Position numbers and translations under genes: made by a program
Assembly (NCBI GenBank): GCA_010093815.1
Contig: ML996572.1
Reading direction: 5' to 3' (one strand)
Length of the DNA stretch: 64,000 bases
Origin: Pseudovirgaria hyperparasitica
Taxonomy: Eukaryota
The notes under the pieces: model-generated
Databases searched by the model: none
What the model was told of the DNA's origin: nothing
Seen by the model: the letters and a program-made list of their open reading frames with translations, nothing else
Shown: positions 46,643-59,584 of the stretch, in pieces
Layout of the letters: each line of letters begins with the position of its first letter
Position numbering within the stretch: the stretch's first letter is position 1

Positions 46643-49600
46643 TGCAAAGTCGCCCGGGCCTTGAAGATGTTGAAGAGCAAGCAGGACAGAATGGGGATGC
46701 GAGCGATCTCAGGAATATGTATCTAGTTAGCCAGAACCTTCAAACTAAACGTTGGCAGCCACTGGCAGGGGCATGCCCAAAAGCGGAAGATGCATGGCGG
46801 GGATCTAGACTGGCGTTTCGCTCGTCTCACCAACCAGAAGCTGCAGCGGCAGCCGAAAGCCACATGCTGGGGGAGCGATAGGCCGGACAAGTGATGACAG
46901 GAAAAAGTATAGTCGCCGTAGCTGACAGGAGCTGGCTGGCCACACACGAGAGAGACTGCCGGTTGGGATGCAACAGATGTGTGTGTGTGGATCATGTCTT
47001 GAAACACCTCGTTCGTGTCAAGTGTATTGACAATGATCATCCGAGGGTTCAGGACCGCGACATGCCGTGCTACAGTGACATGCCCGTAGCTTGTGACCCA
47101 TGGATTCGTGAACCGCAATCCTCTCAGACTGTATGCGGAACGAATGTCATTGTCCGAATAGCCCGTCATGTCAGGATATGTGTTGTGGGGTCGCCGAGGC
47201 GGTGTACAGTCTATGGATGGATGCTACATGCATTATAACATTATAACTACAGTACACACTGTATTAATATGTTGATAGTACCACTACCAGAGCGGAGGGC
47301 CGGTACGCAAAATGGGTTATATATGGGCCATTGGCATGCAACGGGCCGCTTGAGCCTCGGTCGTTTTCTAGAACACTACCAATCAAATGAAATCAAATGC
47401 TGGGCGGCCCCTATTACTACCTCAACCCTCGACTGCTACTTGAACGTTATTAGTAGTAATTAGTGATAATAATAGTGAAACCAGCTCCCATGAACAACAT
47501 CAAGTCATTAACAGGAAGAACATGCCTCTGTATGTAGATCCTCACCAACTCCAACCCCAAGGGCTACAACTGTTTGTTTATCATGTTTCAAACCCCAAAC
47601 GATGATACGATGCATCTAAGCAGAACGAATCAACAGTGGATCTAATGTTGTTTCCTGCCAGGACAGACCCCAGTAATCTTGCATACAAGCAACAGCAGCA
47701 TTCGCCATTCGGACGTCCGCTCGCTCATTGCGTGTCCGGCGGAAGTACAGCCAATAGAGGCGGCCAAAGCGCAGCTCAGCAAGCCCGTCCGTGGTTAGAC
47801 TTCAAAAAGTCAGTCCGGACTTTTCAGCCCTTCATTCAAACTTTCAGCTACTTCTAATTGGATTCCCGAGGGGGCTTTCATGCGACACCCACTCTGTCGC
47901 ATTACTGTCAACATCTCCGGTGCAAGGCATTTATACTTCGCTAGGCCCAAACCTTTTCCCCCTTTGCCCGTATCCTTCAATTCAATCTCCATGATCTGTC
48001 TGTCTGTCTGTCTCTTCTTCATCGTCCAGCAACGCACAACGCTGCCTGATAGAAGATGCGGTACATTATGATGCCAGTGTACACGCGGCCTGCACGTCTT
48101 CGCGAATAATTAGTCCAGCTCCTTTACGAGCGTTTGTGGGCTAGCGAACATTCGACGTTTGTCATCACATGACTATTGACTGTAGCGTGCTGCCTACTCC
48201 ATGGCGTTACAAGGAACCTGCAAACGTATTAGACACTCGCACTCCTCCTTTCCTGCCCTCGCTCGCAATCTGCTTTCGTTGGAGCGAGCACAAGACTCGT
48301 ATCGATTTATGCAGACACGCGTGGTGGGACATGGCAGTCCTATCACCAGAGCAATCATCAAGAAGCGACATCTTCTACACGCCCGCACTGCCACGCCTCT
48401 CACGGTGTTACCATGATGACGAGCTGCTTTCTGCAGTTTTCCAGAAGATTGTCTGGGCTTATTGCTGACTGGGGGCGACGTGAGGATGCGACATTGAACA
48501 GCCCTGGTCGTGCGAGCGCTTCCTGGTCCAGACACGTGCCCTGTACTATTCTTGTACGAATGCAACACCATGTTTCAGGCACGCAAGACCGGCTGTCTCG
48601 TTTGACCCGTGTCGGGTATAGCGCTCCATCAACCCAAATGCCCTCATAGTGAGACGAGAGAAAAGTCTCTCGCGTTTCTCACGTAACCATGTACGAGTCG
48701 TAGCCACTGGAATTGGTAGATGCGTGTCAGAGTTTGGTGAGCATGATTGTAGAGCTCTCACATCCTTCGCCTGTCTTCCCTCCTCCCAGATACACATTAG
48801 TTGCAACGAAGTCTTCCTGTATAGCCTCACCCTGACACCTCTCCATTCTCAAAAAATACGGCTCGTCAATGCAGACGACCGAAATCGTCCGGGGTGAATT
48901 GAGATTTCTGACCTCTACAGCGTCTGGCCGTCTGGATGTGAAATAATATGGCCGGTTCCTGGGGGCCAAGCAAAGGCATTACAAAGTATCTCCGATACAA
49001 GTTGATAGCCCAGAAACACGAAGACAAGGCATTCAATTCTCGCTGCCACTCCGACTCAGAAGAAATCCAGTATATGACGCGCGATGATTGAAGGTGGGAG
49101 CGAATTACGAAAGTGTGTGTCCGGGAGTAGGAAGGAAGGCCCAATGACTGCTAAAAACTTCGGTGCTACCGTCTGGTCAGTCTGCTTTATATTGTAATTA
49201 GTTACAGTGTGAGCATCGATCGTGGACGTCTGAGATGTCATCGGGATGATCGTGCCAAGATGACGAGTCTGCGCAGTCGGAATCGGATGGGAGGGTATAT
49301 CAGCATCATGTAAATAGGGTAATAGGGATAAACCGACGAAGCACTATTCCGAGCAAGACCAGGGGGCGGATTGCACGCCGTTCTTCACGGACGGGAGCCA
49401 CAATTCATTTCCGCCACGTATCGCGGCGTGTGGCGCAGTGAATGGGAATATTTTTGGGATTATGATCGCATCCATCCATCCATACGAGCACGAGCATCTC
49501 CCATCATCCTTTTGCGGCTGTGTGAGCTTGTACTCACAAAACGTGAGCAATCGAGTCGTTTTGACTGGCAGCGAAGACAAGGCGAAAGGCGCGACTCTGG

Positions 49601-50740
49601 ACTGCGAATGGTGTCGAGAACACAACTGGCGAACAACTGCACAACTCCATCGAGACGCAGTGGATGATGCAGAAGATCTAAATCTACGATTCACGACGAT
49701 GTGCGATGTGCGATGTGCCAGCTCAGTACATAATGTTGATCTGTTCAGTGACCTCTGTGGGGCAGGATGAGGCTCAAACATAGCGTGTGCACGGGTTGAG
49801 GATCTTTTCATAAACCCCCCCCGATCGCAGCCCCTTTCTGATAAGCCGAAACACACAAGGGAGAGAGATTCACGTCATGCTGGCTACTGTACTCTGGGAT
49901 CGAACAGAGCTCACGAACCATGTCAAAGACTCCAGACTTCTCACATCAACGCAGATTATCTACAGCCATCACTGACGAAGTGAACAACATAGCAATCGTC
50001 CCCGATGACGTTTTGGTGAGAGTTTAAAAAAAAGATCGACTATGAAACAGATTAAGATAGACGGCAGAGGAAGAAGAAGAGATATGCCATTTTCTCCGGT
50101 GGACAGCACAGTGCAGCTTGGGGTATCGGCGGCCGCGCTTGGATCTCTCACAAAGGGGGGGGGGCATCTTTTTGATGGCGAAGCAAATCGATAAGGATAG
50201 AGATGGAATACCCCTGACTATCAGAACTTGGCAGGGTAGCAATCGCAACGGATCCTCGCGCCATGATAGAGAGAGAGTGTGTGTGAGGAAATCTGCCGAA
50301 ATGTCGCGCGCGCACATACACACAAGCGCACACAGACGCACACGGTCGAGGCGTCCAGTCACGTCAATTAGTTACGAGACACATGAGAGAGAGTAGGACG
50401 AGTATCGAGTTCTGACAGCAGACTGGACAGACAGATGTAATTACATCACCTGTGTTCGCATGACGCGAGCGCAAGTGAGGGAGGGAGAAGTAGTAGTAGT
50501 ACATGCTACTACTACTGTAGGCGCACGCCCTGAGTGGAGGCGGCCGCTGTTTTGGCGGCAGGCTGGTGGCACCACTGCGCGGATTGGCGTCGGGCTAGTC
50601 AGGGGTAAGGAGAGTGTACCTGCGTTAGGGCGAGGGTGCTGGTTGGCTGGAGGAATTGTAGGGGCCTCGAGTAGAGCGAGAGCCAGTTGGAAGATAGGAT
50701 GTACAGATTGGCAACAGGACGAAAGGAGATTATGATTGCT

Positions 50741-50843
50741 GATGTGTTGATGTGTTGATGTGTTGATGTGTTGATGTGTTGATGCAGGGACTGGACTGGC
50801 TGTTCTGGCTGGCTGTGCTGGCTGTGCTGGCTGTGCTGGGCTG
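50741..50843. repeat. (GATGTGTT)x5 and (GCTGGCTGT)n tandem repeats
   Basis: Read directly; upstream of the GPI protein gene. Confidence 0.85.
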
Positions 50844-51292
50844 CCCAGTGTTGCTGCTGAGAGAGAAGTTTAGGGAGAGGAGACCCCACACTTGGCCTGC
50901 AATGGGCAGTCAACTGGTGAATCAGCGCCCCCCTTCCCTCCCCTCCCCCCCTTGCTTTGCGCATTGCCCGCCCATCCTCGTCCTCATCGTCGTCGTCTCT
51001 CCAGTCTGCCGTGACATACTTGGGTGCAGACACATGACTGGCCACTCTCCCTATCGGCCCGTGCGCCCTCTCAATCTCCCACTTCTTATATATCCATTCT
51101 TCCAACGCCTCACTTCCCCCATCTCTTCTTCACCAGCTTCCAACCTTACCACTCAACACCACTTCTTCACCCTGCCAATCTCTTGACTTCGGTCGTCCGT
51201 TCTTTGAACCAGCCAACTCACTCTCATTATTCCACGCTTCTCTTTTTTAACATCTTAACCAAATACCCTTTCTACCGCCCTCAACAGCCAAA

Positions 51293-51851
51293 ATGCGTGC
51301 CTTTGCTGCTTTCTCCCTCCTCGCTGGCCTCGTCGCCGCCCACTACGGCCAAGACGGCTACGGCTCTGACGAGCACGAGTCCGCCGCTCCCTCCACCGTC
51401 GTGCTCACCTCGACTGAGTTCAAGACCATGACTCACTGCGCTGGCGGCTGCGAGAAGCCCACCAACGTCCCGGCTCCCCTGCCAACCCCGGTTGTCCCCT
51501 CGCCCGTCCTCCCAGAGACCTGCGTGCCATCCACCATCACCGTCACCGTCACTGTTCCCCCATCGCCCACCGGCGCTGTCCCGACCGGTGTCCCGTCTGC
51601 TCCTCCAAGCTACCCATCCGCTGGCGTTCCTTACTCCTCCGGTACCATCCCCAAGCCTTCCGTTGGCAAGCCATCTGGGTAAGTTGTCTCTGAAGATCAC
51701 TTGACGAAGATCCAAACTCACACACATGCACAGCTACTACCCACCAACCACCCCTACTCCCTCTCCCCCAGCCTTCACTGGCGCTGCTAGCCACGCCAAC
51801 GCCGGTCTCTTCGTTGCCGGTGCTGGTGCCTTTGCCGCTTTCTTCTTGTAA
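51293..51851 (+). CDS. Small GPI-anchored, P/S/T-rich cell wall protein
   Basis: Signal peptide MRAFAAFSLLAGLVAA and a P/T/S-rich body. Intron 51679-51733. Exon 2 YYPPTTPTPSPPAFTGAASHANAGLFVAGAGAFAAFFL* is a typical fungal GPI signal. Confidence 0.88.
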
Positions 51852-54021
51852 ACGGAAGCAGTCATCCCGTTCCAATGACGATCTCTCGCACCCTGGGAGA
51901 CTATGGCTCTTGATGAATCTGTTCAATCCGGGAAAGGGGGCATTTTTAGCGATGTTGGTGGCATTGGGAAAGACGTCGGACTGCAAACGATCTGCTGGAG
52001 GGTCTTAATTGCTGCTTGTGCATCACTTGCATTTTTTCTGCCGTCGTCGTATACGTACGCGATTCGTGCACTTTTGCATTGTAATTATTTGAATGGAATC
52101 TTGGTGGTAAAACAAACGGTAGGATGGGGGAGATTGTACTCGATCGAACGGCCAAATACATTGAGTTATCCCGTGTCAAGCCGATACTTGTGTGCACTTT
52201 CATCACCTTTGCGACATCTATTCTCAAGCTCTTTTTCGCAGTGACGTAGTCTCTGCCAGCACATGCGCGGATTCCTGGGGGAAAAACGCCTCTTCCACGA
52301 CCTGACATTCTCCCCACGAAACAAACAGCCAAACAAAAATTGCACGCGGCACACCCTGAAACACGAACGGGCCCCCCCCTGACAAGCTTACAAGGGCCGT
52401 TTTGTTTCTTGGAGCCAAAAAGAAATATGCCGCATTATTATTGTTATTATTAACATCATTCCCTCTTCCCTAATTACCTACTGTACATGTACATACCCAT
52501 CCATGCTCATCGCAATCTCCCGCACGAGTCATTCCATTGGCCGCCCGGAAATGGGCCCCCCAATTACTAAACTCCGTTCGGCCTTGCAACAAACACGAAT
52601 AGGAACGGGAATGGAGGACAGTGAAGAGAGGACAGGCAGGGTATATACTTGACGGGTACTTGTTTCGTGCGGTGAGAGGATTGGGATGGGATTGGATGGG
52701 ATGGACTGGATTGGGTGCGCGTGATGTTTATTTTTCTGTTTTTGCTGATTAGGAGGGAGGGATGGGATGGGATGGGATGCAGTGCTTGACTTGGTCGATG
52801 CCTTATCTAGGTCGCGTTGTTGATGGATGTGTGTGTTGTATGTATGTGCTGTATGTGATAGTTGCCTGATATGCTGGCTGATTCATTATGCGAGGCGCGT
52901 GGTTTCGTTTGTATTCTATGCCATGCGTGCGTGATGCATGTGGGAGATGAGAGATCTATTGCCTGGCGCCTGAGGCCGGGACTTGGATGCCTGAGACATA
53001 CATACATGGTGTGGTGTGGTGTGCTTGGCGTTCTGCATGACTGTCTTGCTGAGTAAGTTCTCGTTCATTCTCGCTACTAGGCACCTAACTACTCGTGGAT
53101 TTAAGTGTGATGTCTCTGCGCGTGTTGTTGTGCGATGCTGGCTGGCTGGCTATCTGGATGGTATCTGTGTGTGGGAGTGGTGGGATTGGTGGGTGGGATG
53201 GTATATGGTATGGAATGGTGGTGGTGTTGATGTTGTTGATGTTGATGTCGATGTTGATCTTGTCGCTGTGGCGTAATTACCGTGGCGTGCTGTGCCGCAT
53301 GATTGCTATGCTATGCTGCTATGTTATGCTGCCCTGCCCGTCCGCTCACCGTACCACATTCGTCATTCTCGCTCCCATGGAGAAGATGAATAAGCTTGGA
53401 TTCTTCGTCATGGAGGCGTGGCGTGGGCGGCGTGGTGTGGCGAGGGAAGCTTATGTTGACGACGAGAGAGAGTCAAGGAGAGGGGTGGTTTTGGTTGTGG
53501 TTAGGAGGTAGATGTTAATATCAGACGGATCAGGACCTGTCATGTTATGGTGGAGATCTTGGATGTAGCTTCAGCCAGCCCTATGTGATGCCTGTATCAA
53601 AGTATACTAGCTGCTTTTGTTGATAGTAGCTTGGTAATACAGTGGCTAATAGACTCTCCAAGTTCGCAACAGAAACATCTATCCCGCAGAGTATTACATA
53701 TCGTGCAAGCCAACCTCGGTCTGTCATGCCGTTCCCACATACCAGGTCGACGGACGGAGTCCCATTGAGGCACGCTGTCCGAATGACTTGATTGGGTAGT
53801 GCACTAACTGTCCACGTCGAACCGAGGTTCACGATAGACACTTATTAATCTTCAAGGCGTTCCACGAAAACAACTTTTCTGTTCAGGTATAAATACCGTA
53901 TACCGCCACAAGCAGTCCTACCTTTGAAGCCATGATATAAGTCCCATCTACCCACACCCCTACATACCTCCCCACCTCGCCATCCCCTACAACTCCCTAC
54001 TCCATCCCTTTCACCACCACC

Positions 54022-55101
54022 ATGGCCACCACCATCGCCCAACAACTCGCCATAACCCCCCTCTCCACCCCAGACACCTTCCAATCCACCCACCTCCCCC
54101 AAACCATGGGCAACACCGCCCCCATCGCCTACGGCGGCTGCGCCCTCGGCCTCGCCGTCAACGCCGCCACCCACACCGTCCCCAACTCCCACTCCCTCTA
54201 CTCCCTAACAGGCCACTACCTAGGCCCCACCCTCCCCGACCGCCCCCTCACAATAACCATCACCCGCCCGCGCTCCACCCGCTCCTTCTCAACCCGCTCC
54301 GTCACCCTCAGCCAGCTCCAACCCAACGGCACTAATCGCACCTGCCTGGTCCTCCTCGCAGACTTCCACGCGCCCGAGCAGCACAGTCGTGTCATGTTCG
54401 AGTATAGCGAGGGGCCGAGCATGCGCTGGCCGGCCGTGGAAGCCTGCGTGGGGAGTAGGATGGCGTTTGAGCAGTGTGGTTTTGCGGAGGGAGTGTATGC
54501 GCGCTATGGGGTGCTGTTTGCGCTGGGCGAGCGGTTTTTTGATACCCGGCATCCGGTTGGGAGTGCGTTGGTGCGGAATGGGTATGGGGTTGCGGGGCGG
54601 ACGGGAGGGGGGTTGGTGTCGCTGGGTACAGCTACGGCTTCAGCTTCAGCTACGGCAACAGCTTCAGCAACGGAGACGACGGAGACGGAGACAGAGCGGA
54701 AGCAGACGACAGACAGCACGGAACTAATAACAACGCAGCGAAGCGCGCAATGGGCGCGCGTCCGGCCGGCGCACGCAGGCGAGCTGACGGACGCGGGGAC
54801 GCAGATGGGCGCGCTAGCCTTCTACATGGACGGGTGCCTGTCATTTTTGCCGCTGAGCCATGCCGGGTTGGGGCTGGAGGCGGCGGCGGCGTGTTCGAGT
54901 TTGGACTTTGCGATGAGGGTGTTTGTGCGGGAGTTTGATTTTGGGCGGTGGTATTTGAAGGAGATGGGGACGGTGCGCGGGGGTGGGGGGAGGACGTTTA
55001 GTGAGGGGAGGTTGTTTGATGGGGAGGGGGTGTTGGTGGCGCATATGAGTCAGCAGTGTATTATGAGGGGGTGGGGGGAGGGGGAGATGGAGAGGTTGTA
55101 G
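54022..55101 (+). CDS. Acyl-CoA thioesterase II (TesB-like, double hotdog)
   Basis: MGNTAPIAYGGCALG, YSLTGHYLGP, RSTRSFSTRSV, ALAFYMDG, ACSSLDFAMR, GRTFSEGRLFD and VAHMSQQCIMR. Confidence 0.88.
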   Translation: MATTIAQQLAITPLSTPDTFQSTHLPQTMGNTAPIAYGGCALGLAVNAATHTVPNSHSLYSLTGHYLGPTLPDRPLTITITRPRSTRSFSTRSVTLSQLQPNGTNRTCLVLLADFHAPEQHSRVMFEYSEGPSMRWPAVEACVGSRMAFEQCGFAEGVYARYGVLFALGERFFDTRHPVGSALVRNGYGVAGRTGGGLVSLGTATASASATATASATETTETETERKQTTDSTELITTQRSAQWARVRPAHAGELTDAGTQMGALAFYMDGCLSFLPLSHAGLGLEAAAACSSLDFAMRVFVREFDFGRWYLKEMGTVRGGGGRTFSEGRLFDGEGVLVAHMSQQCIMRGWGEGEMERL

Positions 55102-55199
55102 GTTTGGAGGTTGGGTGGTGTGGGAGGTTGTGTGTATAGGTGGTGTGTGTCTTGGGAGGTGGTGTTGATGTGTGGATGTAGGGCTTTTGGGATGGAATA

Positions 55200-55740
55200 T
55201 AGATGTAGATATAGACAGGTGCTTAGAATAGCGCTTATAATTGAAGTGAGAATAGACTTTATGTAATCCTAAGCGAGCACTCTCTTTATCAAAATGTCTG
55301 GAATATATATTCAAGTCTAAGAGAAAATGGTAGTATGAGTTGTTGCTGATTAAGAGAGAAGCGGAAAAGATATACGTTTCTTACGACCGTGTAGGAGTCA
55401 AAACTTAAAGAGAGAATGTATATACTAGAAGATTGTATATAGCGAAGAGAGTACTAGGGGAAAAAAGGAAACATTCGACAAGTATTTCGAACACTTACAC
55501 TACTATAGACGTAGACGCTAATTGTATAAAGATCCTTATATACTTATACCATCAGACCCGAAAAGGGTCTAGTAAATTACTATAGTCTCTCTCTCTTTAA
55601 GTCTACATCTGTTATACGCTATTATGTTACATGTACCTAACCTAGTAGTACGAATTGTAAGCTCCTTAATGATACACTTGTCTTTCTAGCCACTAGACCC
55701 GTCTCTATCTCGTACTCGTAACCATCTAATCTGATCATGC
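55200..55740. other. AT/TpA-rich degenerate segment; possible RIP-type repeat relic
   Basis: Many TA/TAG dinucleotides, no ORF, and short inverted repeats. Confidence 0.4.
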
Positions 55741-56356
55741 TACCAGGAACATGGAGTATTCGGTCAGAGACCAGTACGAGCAGAAGCTTGTAATACGACG
55801 GCTACCACTGCATCTGCTAAGAACACTGGGTATATCCTTCTGCCGGATATTGACACGTAGCCTCCATTACCGAGTCGGGAGGTGATGGGCGCGGAAGTTG
55901 TTGTAGAGGATAGAGGATACCGGTAGAAGGGTTGGAAGGATTCCAATAGTGTATTTTCTACGCTCTTCCGAGACCCTGTGATTTCGGGGGTTTGCTGTTG
56001 ATACCGGCATTTATTCCGTGCTAGGCGTCGTTCGGACATAGGCGAGGGGCTGGATAAAGGTTATTGGCTTTTTGGGTTTATGATTTTTAGGTGGCGTGAT
56101 GGAGCATGGGCAAATTAAGTAAATTGGGGGTTTATCTGTGGGGTGAATGTGTTGGACCGTTGGAGAGCGGGGAATTAGGGGTCTAAGGTGTGTGTGTGTA
56201 CTGGGACGTGCTTGGAGCTATACATAGTAGAGATACGGTTATTGTAAGATGGGTCGATGGTGTTGTGTGCTGATATGGATATCTAAGAATGGCGTTGTCT
56301 CAAGCACAACGGCAGACCCTGCGCAAAGGGTGGAACCACCTCTGAATCACCAGGGG

Positions 56357-58113
56357 TCAGACAGTCAGCATATCCTCGTCGACCTCCCAGCCCTTCCATG
56401 TAGGCTCGTCGAACCCATTCGGCCGACTGTTCCTCAAGAAGCCATTCCACGTGCCCTCGACCTCCACGACCGGCCTCACAAACTTCAGAGGCGCCTGGAA
56501 GCCCCTACTGTACCCCTCGTGAAAATGCCTATCATCAAACAGCTCCGGATGCACCCTCTTCATCGTCGCAATCGCTCGCTTCCCCACCTCATCAACACTA
56601 TCATCATGCCTCAGCTCGTAGAAATTCTCGTCGTGCATTTGCCGCAGCGCGTCCAACAGCCGCGGCTCGTACTGCCCCAGCCGCATGAGGTAGAGGTCAT
56701 ACTGAACCAGTGACGTCGTGCAGTGATACGAGCCCCCGAACTTCGCGCGCTGGTAGAACGCCGTGAGCGCAGCAACAGTACCAATGCACCCCGTGCCGTA
56801 ATCACTCATGGGAAACGGCGGCACCACGGGCTCGTCCAAGCCCATCGACCAGCCCTGCAGCCAGGCGACGCCGGTCACGCAGTCTGCAATCTGCTGCCAG
56901 CCGGGCCTGGCGGCCCATTCGCCCACGTGCCCGAAGCAGTTCTCGGCCACGTATATGATGCCGCGATCACGGTGCTTGGTCAGCTCGACGAGCTGTTTGG
57001 GTCCGTAGCCGAGACGCTCGAGTGAGCCGGGGCGGTAGCCGTCTAGGACGATGTCGGCTTCTTGGAGTAGTGCTTCGAAGATCTGGCGTTGCTCTGGGTT
57101 GCGGAGGTCGAGGTCGGTGGTGTGCTTGCCGAGGTTGCCGTCGACTTGGAAGAAGGGCACGTCGGAGAGGTTTGGGGAGGTTACTTTGAGGACGTCGGCT
57201 CCGTATTCGGCGAGGCCGCGGCCCATCGAGGGACCGGCGATGATGCGGCATAGCTCGAGGACCTTGACGCCGGCAAGGATTTGAGGGGACTTGGACGGTG
57301 AGGGAGACGAGGGGGGGAAGCCAGCAGGGGACGAGCTGGTTTCGATGCGGTCGATACGGAAAGGGGGTTCGTTGTCGAGGACTTTGCCATGGTTTGTGGC
57401 ACTCCATTGATCTGGTTTGAGTGCAGGTACACCGGCTTGTCTCCTTTCCGCATTCATTTTCTCCAACTCTTCTGTGGTGAACTTCATCACGTGACTCTCT
57501 ATCAACTCCAAACACTGCCGGTAATCCGTCATGTCCGGTCGGTGGCCTTCTAGGCCGATCATGTTCAACGTTGTGGTTGCCTCCAAAGAACCGTGGATGT
57601 GGTAGTATTCGCCCGGATTCTTTGTGTGGTAGAGATTAGCTGACAAACGACGATATTGTATCGCTTGTGCTTTGAGTAGATCCGTCGGCTTCAGAAGCTT
57701 TTTCACGTCTGGGTCCTGTTTTCCTAGACCTACACAAATTAGCTTGCATACTCGTATCACATGTATACAAGCCTACCTGCTACGGTGGCAGTATATGCTG
57801 AGAACAAGAAGCAGGACGCCCGCTCAAGATCGACATGTTTCCGTCTTGGCTTGGCGCCATATCTCTCGTCTGCTATACAACCTGCAATACCCGCTTCGAC
57901 GGCCTTCAGAGCAGAGATGGCTTCGGTCTGCTTGAGAGGACATGGGAAATATGGTGTATCGGTGTTTGTGGTGGAGAATGTGGTTTCTAGGATGTGTTGA
58001 CGAATCTCGGATGGCAATTGACTCTCTATCAGTTGTAGCAAGACATGTAAGGCTTCCTTTGTCCCATTGAGCATTGAATACTCTGAAGAAAATTTACTCT
58101 GGTGGATGGCCAT
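56357..58113 (-). CDS. CoA-transferase family III (CaiB/BaiF)
   Basis: PYFPCPLKQTEAISALKAVE; intron 57730-57776; YYHIHGSL, LAGVKVLELCRIIAGP..LAEYGADV, ADIVLDGYRPGSLERLGYG, RPGWQQIADCVTG and PFPMSDYGTG. Confidence 0.92.
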
Positions 58114-59584
58114 AGCAGACTGCTTCTAATGCGGACTATGTAGAGAATGAAGGCGCTGTCAGTCGTATTGTAAAGAGAAGATCATCGGCTGGTGTCGACA
58201 ACATGGCATCGGCAGACTTATTACAAGCCTCGATACTGCTAATGCAAGGATAGGCGTCTCTCGGAGGTCGGATTTGGCATGAATGCGGAGAAGATTATTA
58301 TGGGTCAGGCAGCACGGCGTAGGGCAGTACACATGGCAGGGACTTTGTGGGGATTGTATAAGGTATCGGCTGTGAGGTTATGGTGTATGAGGAGGTTGAG
58401 GAGGATTTCTCGAGTGGGGCACCTATTACTATAAAACGTAGGGGTGGTTTTCAATATACGACGTTATACGCGTGTAATATATTTGAGTGTAACTTACATC
58501 ATTCACTGACTATAAATAGTTAGTGTCTTCAGGCATTCTAACCTTATCTTGATCGCAGATCAGCCTAGCCATTTATGCCTCAATAGTGATTGGTCCATGG
58601 GTCTTATATGCCCAAGCAGATAGGCTTAGTAGCGTCTGACTAATAGCCATCTGTATGTGACTATGCGAATTTCAAACAGCGCGCACCAAAGAATGGCCAA
58701 CCCTATCTATTGCCACGGCACGCTGTAGGGAGACAAAGCCGCAGTGCTCGGATCGGGACCCGCATGAGCAGCAGCGAGAAGCCGGGTCCGTAGCCGATGA
58801 TCACAACATACAACCCTATAATACACAGCACAACAACACAGACAACTCTGAGAGCTTCATCAAGTCAAGCTACTGCAAGGGACATTGGCACCAGCACATA
58901 CCACCTTCTAGACTCTCTCTCTCTCTCTCTCTGTTCCCAGCCTCTAGGTATTGCCGCTGCAGCATTTAGCTTAGCAGTATGTAGATTATCCAGATGCGGT
59001 ATACATTCAGCGCAGGCTGTTCGCTCGGAAGGGCGCGGAGGAGGAAAGCAGAGCAGAGCAGTCCTCCTCCTCTTTCTCCTGCTTTCCCCATCTCCCTCTC
59101 CCACTGCGACTCCCACGCGACTAATTAGTTGGGCCAGCAATTCGTCACCATCGCTCATCACTCATCGTTCACTCATCACTTTCCCTCTCTTCATCAACAT
59201 CCTTCGTCCTTCATCATTGCTCCAGGTTGGCGTCGGAGCCGTCGATTGTGCTACTACTACATCCTATCTCCTTGTCCACCACCTTGCCATCGTTTTAAGT
59301 TCTGACCAGCCAGCCACATGCACACGGCCTGTGCCAGTGCCATTAGTCGCGTTACACTCTTTTACGGCAAGCCTTTCACGGATCTGCTGCCCAATCGAGC
59401 GGGGCTGCTGACTTGATTGCTGGCTACTGACTCTTTACACACTTGGCCGACTGTACATGAAACTTCGCTCGCCATCCGATGCTTCTGTCCTTCTTCCGGA
59501 TCCACCTTACACCATCCGATGCAACGCCTGGACAGCCTTGCAGTGCCAATCTCTGTTACCTTTGCCTAATCCGGCTATATCGTT

